Positions 1 through 11,481 of a stretch of 64,000 nt of DNA are shown here, one piece after another. The DNA lies in assembly GCA_964016885.1 (NCBI GenBank), contig OZ024742.1, positions 263,810,001 through 263,874,000 on the forward strand. Reading direction: 5' to 3'. The notes beneath the pieces are model-generated. The model did not search any database and was not told the DNA's origin. It worked only from the letters and a program-made list of their open reading frames with translations. A program made the translations under genes and the position numbers. The stretch's first letter is position 1; the number at the start of each line of letters is the position of its first letter. This DNA is from Eledone cirrhosa. Taxonomy: Eukaryota.

Positions 1-240
1 TGACACATAGTGCTGGGCCCGTTGTACCATGTGACGACAAGTGCAGAGAGATCTCCAGATATAAAGCAATGCCTGTGCCGTGAAGCTTTTATAGTGAGCA
101 AAGGTACTGCACAAAGCCAGTCCCACTCTCTTAACCAAGATGATATTTACCAAAAAGAAGAACAGGTCAACATCATTGGATACCATCAGGGTTGCAGGTG
201 TTATATCAGAGTTTTCCTGCTCCTAGAATTCTCCCGGAAG
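1..240 (-). mobile_element. Non-autonomous RTE-derived element, subfamily C (partial, window edge)
   Basis: Near-identical to the reverse complement of ~59790-60030 and similar to 11143-11300; shares the GAGAGTGGGA..GTGCA..GCACAGGCATTGC core with the other copies. Confidence 0.7.
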
Positions 241-288
241 ATATATATATATATATATACATATATATATCCACACATATATACATAC

Positions 289-327
<39 letters not shown>

Positions 328-384
328 CATACACACATACATACATATATACATACATACACACATACATACATACACACATAC

Positions 385-1915
385 TTGTACTTGTGTCGAC
401 ATTCACCCTGGACGGGTTGAGCCAGCTTCTTCCCTTGTCTTGACGGCATCCCGAAACATGGCAGCCCACGCACGACGGTCCCGGGCTAGGTCACTGGAGA
501 TAGCGAGCCAGTCACGGTTCCATCGGCGCAGGCCGACCACCTGCGGACCTGAGAGTTCGGAGAGGTCCTCCTTGATCGTCTTTGCCCAGGTCTTCAGCTG
601 CCTGCCAACGCGCTTGCGCCAGTTAGGGAGTGGAGGTGGGAGGAGAACAGCGCGGATCAGCTCACCCTCAGGGCGCCGGGCTGCGTGACCAAACCATCTC
701 AAGCGCTGTTGCAGAAGCACTGAAGGAAGGGGTCAAAGATTCAGGCGAAGACGAAGACTGGTGGTAGGTACCCGATCAACGCGTCGGCAGCGAAGAATGC
801 GGCTTGACCTCGGCTGCGCCCTGTCCCGTTGGAACCACGTCATTGGATCGCCACGTGACGAGGTGACGCCGAGGATGTTGGAACCGGGTGTTGATGACGA
901 TAAGTCGATTGGCATCCGCGAAGGACACGAGCCGTTCACCATTGTCACAGCGTACGCCTAGGGCGAAGCATCCTAGAATATGCCGTGTTGTATCATAGCC
1001 GGCCCCGTCCGCGCATTCCAGTCCCCAGCGACAATAAGAACATCACTGGAAGGACGCCATCCACGGTTGTTTGGAGATCGGCATAGAACTGCGTCTTGTC
1101 CGCCTCGTCCGCATTGAGTGTGGGAGCGTAGACGGCAATTACGCTGACGGTGGAGATTTGACCCTTCAATCAAACCAGCGGTGTGAGATCGGCTGCCACG
1201 CCAGCAGAGCCGCTTGCGCGTCGGGGCTGAGCGCTACAGCGGCCCTGTGAAGGCCACTGTTGTCAGTCACGCCACTATGGTACAAGTGGTAGGAGATGTC
1301 CTTGCCAGGAACTTTGATCGGAAGATGACCAACATCGGGAAGTCGAACTTCTGAAAGGCAAGCGACACTAACGCAGTACCTGTGCAGATCCTTCATTGTA
1401 AGTGCCTGGACACCGTCGTCACGAAGTGTTCGGACGTTACAGCACGCCACCCTCAATTCCTTCCTTCGTCTGAAGAGCGGGACTACTGCGGGAGTAGTCT
1501 GTAGAGCCATAGCGGTAGGAGTGCTGTTGCTTTGCATTGCGTTCGTAGCGGGAAGGCAATTCGTATTCATAGTTCGTATTTGTAGGATTCATGGAAGAAG
1601 TGTCATGGGAGTAGTGAATTCACAAGCGGTCCCCCCAAAACCCGCATGTATATCCCGAACGAGGGGAAAAAACGCCCTGTTTGCCGCAGATTCTCCACAG
1701 ACGCAGGAACAGAAACGACCCGAAGCCGCCGGTTGCCGGAACAGACACCTCTTGGATTTTCACCAGAGCCCTTTTTGCAGGGTTGCGGCCCTAATACCTC
1801 TGGGTGCCAGATGAATCTGCCTTGGGTGGCCCTACCAGGAACCGAAGTTCCCGACGGCATAGCTATGACACTACCCGTTGCCACCGCCCTGCCACGTTGA
1901 GGAGGGGTTGGACTT
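385..1915 (-). mobile_element. Internally deleted RTE-clade LINE (5' UTR + AP endonuclease + 3' end, RT missing)
   Basis: APE motifs CNVRTL, LSEVR, AGDWNARTG, HLVTWRSND, then a jump to the C-terminal [11 protein letters not shown]...KTW...DRRAW; GC-rich 5' UTR 1600-1915; both flanks are microsatellite. Confidence 0.85.
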
Positions 1916-1978
1916 TAGGTTGAATACATACACACGTACATACACTCATACGCACAAACATGCAAACGCACACACGCT

Positions 1979-2066
<88 letters not shown>

Positions 2067-3574
2067 CAAATATAAACATATATGTACTCACAAATATATA
2101 TAAACATAAATATGTGTCAATATACAGTATATCTATGCGCAGTAGAAATGGAATTTAATGAAATAAAATGAAAGGAAATAACTATATAGAATTTAATTAT
2201 TGGAAATATAATGTAAGAAAAACAACAGCAACAATAAAACAATGGAATGTAAAATGTGATAAACATTTAAAATATATATAAATACAATACTCAATGCTAT
2301 CAATATGTATAAAACATATATGGAATAATAGAAGAATTCAAAATAAATAAATATATCAATAAATAAAAAGAATGAACGTTTAAAGGAATATAGGATAATA
2401 AGTTAAATGAAATTGAATATATAAAATGATGTTTGATAAGTAACAAAATATAATTAGATATAAAATGAAATATCTAATGAATTATATATAACATAGTATA
2501 TGCACTGTAAACATGAAAAAAGCAAAAACGATGAAAATTGTGACAATTAAGAAAACAAATTATGTAAAATAAATGTTAAAACAAAATGATTTTGGTGATT
2601 ATAAACATTATTTTAAGCAGCACACGCGAAGATATACACACACATACACACACACACACAGACATACACATACATTCATACGCACACACACAGACTGGTA
2701 AACACCCATACAGACAGAAACACAGACGTGTGCGTAGACTATAAAAACAAAATATGGAGTAAATAGAGCAAGATCAGAAAAAAGAGGAGCCAGAGAGGAG
2801 CAACAATAGTAATTCAGAAGGTCACAGGTATGTGACAAAAGACCTGTGAAAAGTTAGCAATTAAACAATCATCCTGTTACTAAACTAACCGATGAATGGA
2901 TTAGTTACTTAACTAATAATAATCCGAAGTGAAGCTCAACTGTTGCTTGTGTTTTTATTAGCAACATGCCTCAAAAGTATAACACTATCTGTTTCAACAC
3001 ACGTTTTCACACCAATAATCCTTCAAAATAAATACAAGATCGAGGCATTTTGAGATTATCTTAGTAAAATGTTCGAATAAAGTGTTTATAAAATGCTTAT
3101 AAAATGTTTCCTCGTTGGAGATCGATCCAGTTTTTTTAACACATCTGTAATTGGAAAAATTTCGTTAAATACCGACTCTCATGCTGGCACTTTGAAACAG
3201 TTCAAATTTTTTTCGTATAATATAGTTTAATCCTTTGTATGGATGATTATTTTTCTGCAGATTTTGTATGCTTTATTATCTGGGAGAGAAATTTTGATGG
3301 TTGACCAGCTTATAATAAAATATGCTATTCTAAGAAAGGACTATACGTTACTAATCATAGTTATGAACTGGTTTAAAAGATGACTACCCAAACATTTCCT
3401 TGAAAAGATAAAGTCAACTCCTGTTTGGTTTATCGTGAGCATGACATAAATACGTCTATTAATTTCTGTCAATGAATCCATATATTTAAAATCTTAACTA
3501 CAATAAGGCGTGCGGGACTGCGTACGGTTTATTTCTTTTAATCCAGTTAGTAACAAAGTTGGATTACTTTGAAT

Positions 3575-3720
3575 AAATAATTGTTTCTACTTTTGGCACA
3601 AGGCCAGCAATTATCCAGTGTATTACTGGTACTTTATTTTATCGACCCCGTAAGGATGAAAGGCAAAGTTAACCTCGACGGGATTTGAACTCAGACCGTA
3701 AAGGGACGTAACTACGCTGT
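3575..3720 (-). mobile_element. tRNA-derived SINE (octopus OR-like, Nin/Deu-type core), partial
   Basis: B-box GAGTTCAAATCC, core GCCTTTCATCCTTACGGGGTCGATAAAATAAAGTACCAG, tail GGCCTTGTGCCAAAAGTAGAAACAATT; many copies in the window. Confidence 0.8.
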
Positions 3721-4922
3721 AATGAATGAATATTACATAATTTATGTACTAAATTTCGTAATTTTTAAAATGAAATTTAATATAATTTTATTGCTTATTC
3801 AAAATTGACTTATTTTCAAAGTTTCAAATTTCTACACTTCCGGTATATCGTCGTCACCACCACCACTTCAACTACTATATAGAAAAGAGAGTGTGTGATG
3901 AAAGAGATACAGAAAGATAGAGTGATTATGATATTAAGCACGCTGACGCGCATGTGTGTTTACGTGCACATACATACATCTATATGAGTATTACATATTC
4001 TCTTGTATTATCTGTCGCATGTATTCCACTCTGTGCTTTTAATTTTAATTTGAATTTTTGTACAATTCTCGTATAATATATGTCGCATCAATTACACCAT
4101 GTAAATACGAAACTGTTGCTCACAACGTCAATATATATGTATCTATATGATTGTTCAGTTGAATAGGAGGTTAATTATATGTACAAACATTGCTAATGCT
4201 CCGATGATTCCAAACGAAAGTTTGGAAGAAACGATTGCAGCAATTAAATGAGTTGAACATAACTTTGATAATTGTGTAATTTAGATTTCTGCTCGGTAAA
4301 ACATCTGATGTTCTTACATTGAGCTATTTCTCTTACTGGTAATAAGGTAGTAAGAAATTACTGACCTTTCCTGTTTATAGTTGTTTATAGTATATGCATA
4401 ACTATAGATAGTATCATTATTATTATTACATCTATATGTATGAGTATATAACTATAATCGCGTAAACACAAACTTATAAAAATACACGCCCACGGACATA
4501 CATTCACACAAATACACATATTTTCACAAATATACATTTACACAAACACACATTCACACATATACATTTACACAAACACTCACACACACAGTCATGATAG
4601 CAGCGTTCGATGATTTGGAAATGGAAGGGTAAAACAAGTACAATGTTTTATTTATTTATTAACAACACAGTTTAACTCTTTTTTTTTTAAAACTCATTTG
4701 TATAAAAATTTTATATAAAGCTTAAAGAACGAAAACACAAACAAATATAATATATACTAAGGAAAGGGACAGGAAAAAATAAAGAGAAAAAATACACAAG
4801 CATCTAATACACACATCTTAGACCACATAGAAAAATATGCAGGCGAAAGGTGGGAGGAGGAACAAACGAGCCGCTACCAGAGCAAAAGATAGCAATATCG
4901 CGAGGAGCACTGGGAAACCTCT

Positions 4923-5370
4923 CTAATAAATTTTGAGGCAAGCCAGCATGCTCGCAGCGTTACCTGGGTGGATGGCGAGGCTGAGGTGCTGGAACAACCA
5001 AGTGCCCTCACGATCATCACCACTTACTTCTGTTTGGCGAGCCGCCAGTGAAGATAAGAACCTCGCTGTCAGTAACGCGACTCCCTCAAACGTCTCGAAC
5101 GCCACAGGCTGGATAATGTAGTTAGCTGACAGAACACGGTATTTTAGGATTTTGTTCCATTCAGCTGCGGATGCGGTTGCTGTCGCCCTTACCGCTGCAT
5201 CCAGGATATGGGAAGAAGCAAAATAGTCACTAACTGTGACGTCCCAAGTAAGACACCTGCCTCCTGACTAGGAGCACAGAGTAAGACCGTCAAGTCTTTT
5301 CCCATCAATTCTGGACAACCCAGACGGTTCCAAAATTGAAGGGATGTTTGCCCGGGCCAAGGCTCTTAAG
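4923..5370 (-). mobile_element. CRE-clade non-LTR retrotransposon 3' fragment (restriction-like endonuclease)
   Basis: Translation LEPSGLSRIDGKRLDGLT...LTWDVTVSD...NKILKY...PVAFET...LFQHLSLAIHPGNAASM, paralleling the ORF at 24265-25626. Confidence 0.85.
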
Positions 5371-5541
5371 TGTGTGTATGTGCGCGCGCGTGATTTTGTT
5401 GCGTTCTTAAATTACAGACATGTGTGTGTGTGTGTATGTGTGTCACTGTTTTAAAGTTAGAGACATATATGTGTGTATCTCTTTCCTTCCTTTTACACAC
5501 ACATACATTCACACAAACACACATACATTCACACATTCATA

Positions 5542-5985
5542 CATAAGTCTCATGATGTGGTTCTGGAACGCAGAGAGCTTCTGAAGTGACCCTGTCGTCC
5601 AATTAACACAGTCAAGACGACCATATAACACAACTGGTAGGATGTAATTATCGAAGAGACTTATGACTGGCAAGCGGCTCAGCGGCCGTATCTGTATCAG
5701 TGAACTGCTCAACATTACTAGACTTAGACCCATTATGTCAAGTCAAGAGAACTCAAACTATGCAGTCATGTAAAAAGATCAACTCGTGGTGTGAGTAGGT
5801 TATGCCTGGAAGGAAGGTTGGCTGGTAAGAGAAGCAGAAGCCGGTAGCCAAAACAATGGCTTGATAATGTCAACCTAAGTACTGGACTTGATCTTTTGCT
5901 CTTTAAGCTCTGCTGTTGGTGATCGAACTTTGTGGAGAAAAATATCTCATGTTATGCGCAGTCTGCAACTGCCAAAATTTAGCGT
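5542..5985. mobile_element. RTE-type LINE 3' end with inverted 5' segment
   Basis: 5542-5655 (-) reads YILPVVLYG..NWT..LSAFQNHIMRLM; 5656-5985 (+) continues RLMTGKRLSGRICISELL...LEGRLAGKRSR..QWLDNV...DRTLWR; GAGACTTATG is present in both segments. Confidence 0.75.
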
Positions 5986-6070
5986 CAAAGTAGTATTCGT
6001 ACATACGAGCATATATACACTTATACATCCACATACATATACACATAAACGCAGACACATCCATACATAC

Positions 6071-6634
6071 ATGATGGCTACCCCCCTCGTTATCGAGTAT
6101 GGCCCTTGCACTATATACCATTATTAATAATGATTAATTAATTCTATCGTGCAATGCCTGTGCATGAAGATATTTTTTAAAGTGAGGAAAGACTGTGCAC
6201 TGAGCCAATCCCACTCTCTGAGCGACAGTAGCTATAACCCGAAAAGAAGAAAAGATCAACATCATCGGTTACTACTGAGCCGCAGGTTTTATTCGGAGTT
6301 ATCCCAGTTTCCTGAGTTGTTTTCTCATAGAATGCTCTGACAAAGGCTAGGAGTCCTTCACTCCCAGTGGTTTAACCGCGTGATCGGGTGTCCAGCCCGA
6401 CTATTTCTATGTACCCGCGCATATACACATATACATACATATGTACACATGTATATACATATTTACACACTTTTGGATGGCCGTTGACTCTTATAAGCTC
6501 TTCCGCCCTTTGTCAGGTTTTGTTTTTTGTCCTGCAGGGTGTCCAAAATCACCCTCCTCACCAAGTAAACTTGGCGGGGTTGCCGGTTTAGTCGCCGACG
6601 ACCCGACTATGCGACACGTTGTACTGGGTTACAT

Positions 6635-6635
<1 letters not shown>
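6071..6635 (-). mobile_element. Non-autonomous bipartite RTE-derived element, subfamily A
   Basis: High similarity to 10525-11108, 21660-22508 and 60249-60846; 3' tail GGCCATACTCGATAACGAGGGGGGTAGCCATCAT followed by (GTAT)n. Confidence 0.8.
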
Positions 6636-6666
<31 letters not shown>

Positions 6667-6726
6667 CATACATACATACATACATACATACATACATACA
6701 TACATACATACACACACACACATACA

Positions 6727-7200
6727 TGGTGAATGCTTCATCTTTGCAGATGATTGCCGTCTTCATATGCAACCCCATTAACCGTCACCAGCTCCAAACG
6801 TTCCTTCATCGTCTCTTAAGTTTAACTGCAGATTTGTACGGTCTACAGCAAATGTGAGAGACAAAAGATGTGCCCTCTAATGAATTGGCTGGGTCAGTTT
6901 GCGCCCTCAGTATGTACCCTCATATGCCTTTTAAGACGAGAAATTGATTTGCAAATTTTTTTGTACACCACGCATGTTGTCTCACCTAGTATTGGAGGGA
7001 GAGTGCTGCATAAAGTTGGGTTTTCATGTGATTTTAAATGAGTTATGCACCCAGATTTAGAGAGCAGTAAACCACCGCAAATCCAGCTCCCTATCTGCTT
7101 ATTGAGGTTTATACGGCTTTTCTGAAGCTGACGTTTAAGTTTTTCACCATATAGACGTTTTTCCTCAAACATTCTGCAGCCTTCCTTCACATGTCCTTTT
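6727..7200 (-). mobile_element. RTE LINE 3' fragment with C-terminal C2H2 zinc fingers
   Basis: WICGGLLLSKSGCITHLKSH, TCVVYKKICKSISRLKRHMRVH, then a short tail running into (GTAT)n; similar to 22550-24075 and 59422-59635. Confidence 0.7.
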
Positions 7201-7234
7201 CATTATACGGTCACTGATTCTAGAGGGACACTTT

Positions 7235-7436
7235 AAATGTTGTGCAAGAGGATCTCGCACTGCAAAACCTACACCACCATCGAATTATAGGTACAAATCG
7301 TTTTTGTCAGTTGAGTGGACTGGAGCAACGTTAAATGAAATGTCTTGATCAAGGACACAACGTGCCGCTGGGAATCGGACTCACGACCTTAAAACCGTGA
7401 GCCGAATACTGTAACCGCTGAGCCACGCGCCTTCAC
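7235..7436 (-). mobile_element. tRNA-headed CORE-type SINE (octopus OK-like)
   Basis: Reverse complement GTGAAGGCGCGTGGCTCAGCGG...GAGTCCGATTCCC...GTGTCCTTGATCAAGACA, i.e. A/B boxes plus CORE-like motif; related copies at ~50445, ~60865 and ~63340. Confidence 0.75.
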
Positions 7437-7480
7437 ACATCCATCCATCCATACATACATGATACATACATACCGTGCAT

Positions 7481-7637
7481 GGAAAATTCCCAGCTGGATA
7501 ATTGCCGGGCGGAAGATTGCCAGGCGGAAAATTGCACGTGGGGAAAATTGCCATTGAGAAAATTGCCAGTGAGGAATATTGCCAGTGCTTTAGGTTTACT
7601 TAAGGTTTTGAATCTATTTATATGACAGTGCTTTGGA

Positions 7638-7714
<77 letters not shown>

Positions 7715-7952
7715 AGTGTGTGTGTGTCAGTGTGTGTGTGTCTGTGTGCGTGTGTGTGTGTGCGTGTGTCAGTGTGTGCGTGTGTCAGCATGTGTGTCAG
7801 TGTATGTGTGTTTGTGTGTGTGTGTCAGTGTGTCAGTGTGTCTGTGTGTGTATGCGTATGTGTGTCTTTTAATTTGTCAATGGCAATATTCTCCACGGGC
7901 AATTTTCCACCTGGCAATCTTCCGGCTGGCAATTTTCCAACTGGGAATATTC
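7481..7952. mobile_element. Foldback-type MITE with ~77-bp TIRs built of ~15-bp subrepeats, around a (GT)n core
   Basis: 7481-7557 GGAAAATTCCCAGCTGGATAATTGCC... is the reverse complement of 7877-7952; repeated GGAAAATTGCC units. Confidence 0.8.
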
Positions 7953-7985
7953 CTAGAACCCATACATACACACATACATACATAC

Positions 7986-8385
7986 ATGATGGCTGCAACT
8001 CGATTTCAAGTAATGCCATCGCTTGATACTTAAGCATGAGCATCACTGATCTGGCTTTTTAGTCCTGCTAGGGACTTGCCTATGGCCAGCAATGCCATGT
8101 ATGACAAAAAATGTCACATATCAAGCGATGCCTGTGCTTCAAGCTTTTTTAAGTCAGGAAAGGCTTTGCACGGAGCCAATCCCACTCTCTGAGCATCGAA
8201 TGAATTTGGCCCCAAAGAAGAACTGTTCTACATCATTGGATGCAAGCGAAGTCGCAGGTTTTATATCAGAGTGATCTTCTCCTAGAGAGAAAACTTAATA
8301 AAGACTCGGAGTGTCTCGCTCCACAAAATAATTAAAAAAATTATTGGATGGCCGTTTATTCTGCTGAGTTCCTCCGTCCTTTGAC
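7986..8385 (-). mobile_element. Non-autonomous RTE-derived element, subfamily B
   Basis: Similar to 21330-21642 and 59072-59415; tail TTACTTGAAATCGAGTTGCAGCCATCAT followed by (GTAT)n. Confidence 0.7.
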
Positions 8386-8619
8386 ATACATACATTTATA
8401 CATACATTCATGCATACTTATGGTCTTCAAATACAGTAAATTAGTGGCTTACAATATTTTTTTCTGTACCAGTTCCCACCCAAATTTGGGCAACTCGATT
8501 GGACGCAAAAAATTATAAAGATCAAGGCCGTTGGTTCTAGAACCGGGAAACTAGTAAATAATTGTTTCTACTTTAGGCACAAGGCCAGCAATTACCCAGT
8601 GCATTAGTAAATAATACGA

Positions 8620-8720
8620 GACGCTTGCACATCAATAGTGATATAGACAGCTTCTAACTTAAACGAAATCGAGGAGACAGAGGTATAACATGCATTCAAA
8701 CATCGTTTGAATGTCGCATG
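8620..8720 (+). pseudogene. Small R4/Dong-type RT fragment
   Basis: Translates LHINSDIDSF*LKRNRGDRGITCIQTSFECR, matching FHINIDIDRLYLKRKQGGRGLTSVQTAFVCR in the 12000-13376 ORF. Confidence 0.65.
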
Positions 8721-8733
8721 TCCATATATATGA

Positions 8734-9376
8734 GATGGGCTCTGTCAGTTTTAAAGTGTCCAATACATGCACCATTACGGCTCCATCATGAGTTACAAGT
8801 TATGCCAACTTATCCGGAAATAAGTAGGCATAACTAACTATGTAAGTCAATATATAACAATTGGTAGCTGGTCAAACAAAAGACCATTGTGGTATTTAAT
8901 TAGTACTTTATGTTCTGAGTTCAAATTGTGCCGAGTTCAACTTTACCTTTTATACTTTCCAGGTCGATAGAAGAAAGTACCAGTCAAATACTAGGGTTAA
9001 TATAATCAACATACCGCCGTTTTTCTTAAATTGCTAGCCTCGTATCTAAATTAGAAACCACTATTTTCGCAGTTACATTTTAGACGCCATAAGTAGATAT
9101 GACATACAACTCAATCGATGGATCTCCATCGGTTTCGACGATGAAGGATCTGTCGTATGGTCGGGTCGTCGGCGACTAAACCGGCAACTCCACCAAGCTT
9201 GCTTGGTGAGGAGGGTGATTTTGGACACCCTGTGGGACGAAATACGACGGAACAGTCGATAATGTATTATGTCCTTTCGATAATATCTACAAACAACCAA
9301 AGGACGAAGTGAATTTCTAGATAGAATTTGCATACGTAAAGCAGACAACGTCTTGAGAGTAGGAGAGTAGCTCCTT
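8734..9376 (+). repeat. ~640-bp composite block duplicated at 51465-52108
   Basis: Colinear, highly similar sequence; ORFs 9073-9411 and 51806-52147 are nearly identical; includes an OR-like SINE piece and a subfamily-A 5' piece. Confidence 0.9.
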
Positions 9377-10099
9377 GAAATGTAGTCTTTGACTGATGAC
9401 CATCGATACACACTCAGAGATGTTGCTCAACTGTCTCAACATAGCTAAGTTTTCAGAAATCTTCAAATTGACAATAATCTTGAGTGGTTAAGATTAGTTA
9501 TACAACAGATGATAAGAATGTTCGGAAAAGTGAAAAAAGAAAGTATCAATACAGAACTAACGAGAAATCTGTTGATAATCCGCCTAGAATATAACTGAAA
9601 TTTTATGCTTATAATTATTTATGCACTTGAATGTGTAAGTAATTGCTTCGGTACCAAGCTTGAGAATCTGAGCTTCACAAAACCAGAAAATGGTACGGTT
9701 AATTAAAAAAATACAAGGTGGGTGATGGAGTATTGGAAGAAAGCAATACATACGTACTAGTTCTCATTTTTGATATCTTCAACTTCTGCCAGGAATTAAT
9801 TGTTGAAATCACCGCAGCAAACCTTTGATCGTGACTGATCCAGAGAGTGAAATACCTTGAATATGATGGCCTGAGCAGTGATATTTGATTACTCTTTCGT
9901 GTAACACCTTAATCAATTCCAATATGCAATATCCGGTACAAATAGTGTTCTCCTGTAGTAAAGAATTTATCGAGGAAGAAAATGTCCCAATACAATTAGG
10001 TAGATTGGCTCAAAACTTATTTACTGCATATACAATTACTACATTTCAACATCATCAATTCTTTAGGGTCAACAGTAAGAAAAAAAACCCGAATTAATT

Positions 10100-10318
10100 A
10101 GGAGGTGCTTGACCCAGTGGTAAGAGTGTTGAACTTCATTTCACGTTGCTCCAGTATACCTAACTGAAAATGAGTACTAGCAATAGCTGGGGTTTAACTT
10201 TGCGATAGGCAGGTGTCATGTGTAAAGAGGAGTTTTGTACTCTCAGTCGCTTTATGCCACGGAAAACGTAATAAGCACCGGCCTGATGAGCCTTCGGGCT
10301 CCAGACAGACTTAAGACT
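10100..10318 (+). mobile_element. SINE with tRNA-like head and V-domain-like body
   Basis: GACCCAGTGGTAAGAG A-box-like head; body TAACTTTGCGATAGGC...GTCGCTTTATGCCACGGAAA...CCGGCCTGATGAGCC resembles invertebrate V-SINE 3' regions (recognised from memory). Confidence 0.5.
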
Positions 10319-10524
10319 CTCCTCATCGTCACTCAACAGGATGGAACGGATATTGATGGAAGAATGGGTTAAGATTCAACTATATATGGTTCAACCTTGT
10401 CTGAGTCAATTGTCCATTGAACAAAATCTGCTCTTACTACCAGCTTAATATAGATCAAGAAAAATGTTACGAAAGATACGTGCCTCCATAATTTTGTCAG
10501 AGGATTCTGTATGTATGTTTGTAT

Positions 10525-11108
10525 GTCAGGTCACTCTTGAGTGCTACTGGTAACATGTAATCCAGTACAATCTGTCACATGGTCGGGTCGTCGGCGACTA
10601 AACTGGCAACCCCACCAAGTTTACTTGGCTAGGAGAGTGATTTTGGACACCCTGCAGGACAAAAAAACAATACCTGACAAAGGGAGGAAGAACTCATAAG
10701 AGTCAACGGCCATCCAAAAATATGTAAATATGTATGTACACATGTACATATGTATGTACACGTGCGGGGACATGGAAATAGTCAGGCTGGATATCCGATC
10801 GCGCGGTTAAACCACTGGGGTGAAGGACCTCTAGACTTTGTCAGGGCATTCTTCTAGGAGAAGGCAACACAGGAAACTGGAATAACTCCAACATAAAACA
10901 TACGGCTCAGTAGTTACCGATGATGTTTTCATTTTTTCGGGTTATAGCTACTGTCGCTCAGAGAGTGGGATTGGCTCAGTGCACAGTCTTTCCTCACTTT
11001 AAAAAAAAACCCTTCACACAGGCATTGCACGATAGAATTTATTAATAATTACTAATGATGTTATATCGTGCAATGGTCATACTCGATAACGAGGCGGAAG
11101 GCATCATG
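10525..11108 (+). mobile_element. Non-autonomous bipartite RTE-derived element, subfamily A
   Basis: Full copy from GTCAGGTCACTCTTGAGTGCTACTGG to CATACTCGATAACGAG..CATCAT, flanked by (TATG)n on both sides. Confidence 0.8.
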
Positions 11109-11142
11109 TATGTATGTATGTATGTATGTATGTATGTATGTA

Positions 11143-11441
11143 TGTCCCACTCTCTTAACCAAAATGATATTTACCAAAAAGAAGAACAAGTCAACATCAT
11201 TGGATACTATAAAAGCTTCACGGCACAGGCATTGCTTTATATCTGGAGATCTCTCTGCCCTTGTCGTCACATGGTACCATGGGCACAGCACTATGTGTCA
11301 ATAATTGTCACAAGTGTAGTGTTTGTACCAGAGTTTTCAAGTCGCTGGCTGGACTAAAAAGTCACACTCGTTCAGCGCATCGGTAGGGGTTCTCCTACAT
11401 AGATATAAAGTAGTGTCGAAAACGAGTTGGCAGTCACCATG
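11143..11441 (+). mobile_element. Non-autonomous RTE-derived element, subfamily C (partial, internally rearranged)
   Basis: 11210-11441 matches 59940-60173 including the GAAAACGAGTTGGCAG.CACCAT tail; 11143-11205 is in the opposite orientation. Confidence 0.65.
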
Positions 11442-11481
11442 TATGTATGTATGTATATATGAATGTATGTATGTATGTATG

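Noticed and set aside
9885-10097. Short ORF with AG/GT pairs as a candidate host exon
   Set aside because: No recognisable protein similarity and no partner exons; not supportable without RNA data
10275-10310. CTGATGAG + GAGCC-TTCG-GGCTC hairpin resembling a hammerhead half
   Set aside because: No GAAA follows the stem; it fits a SINE 3' hairpin
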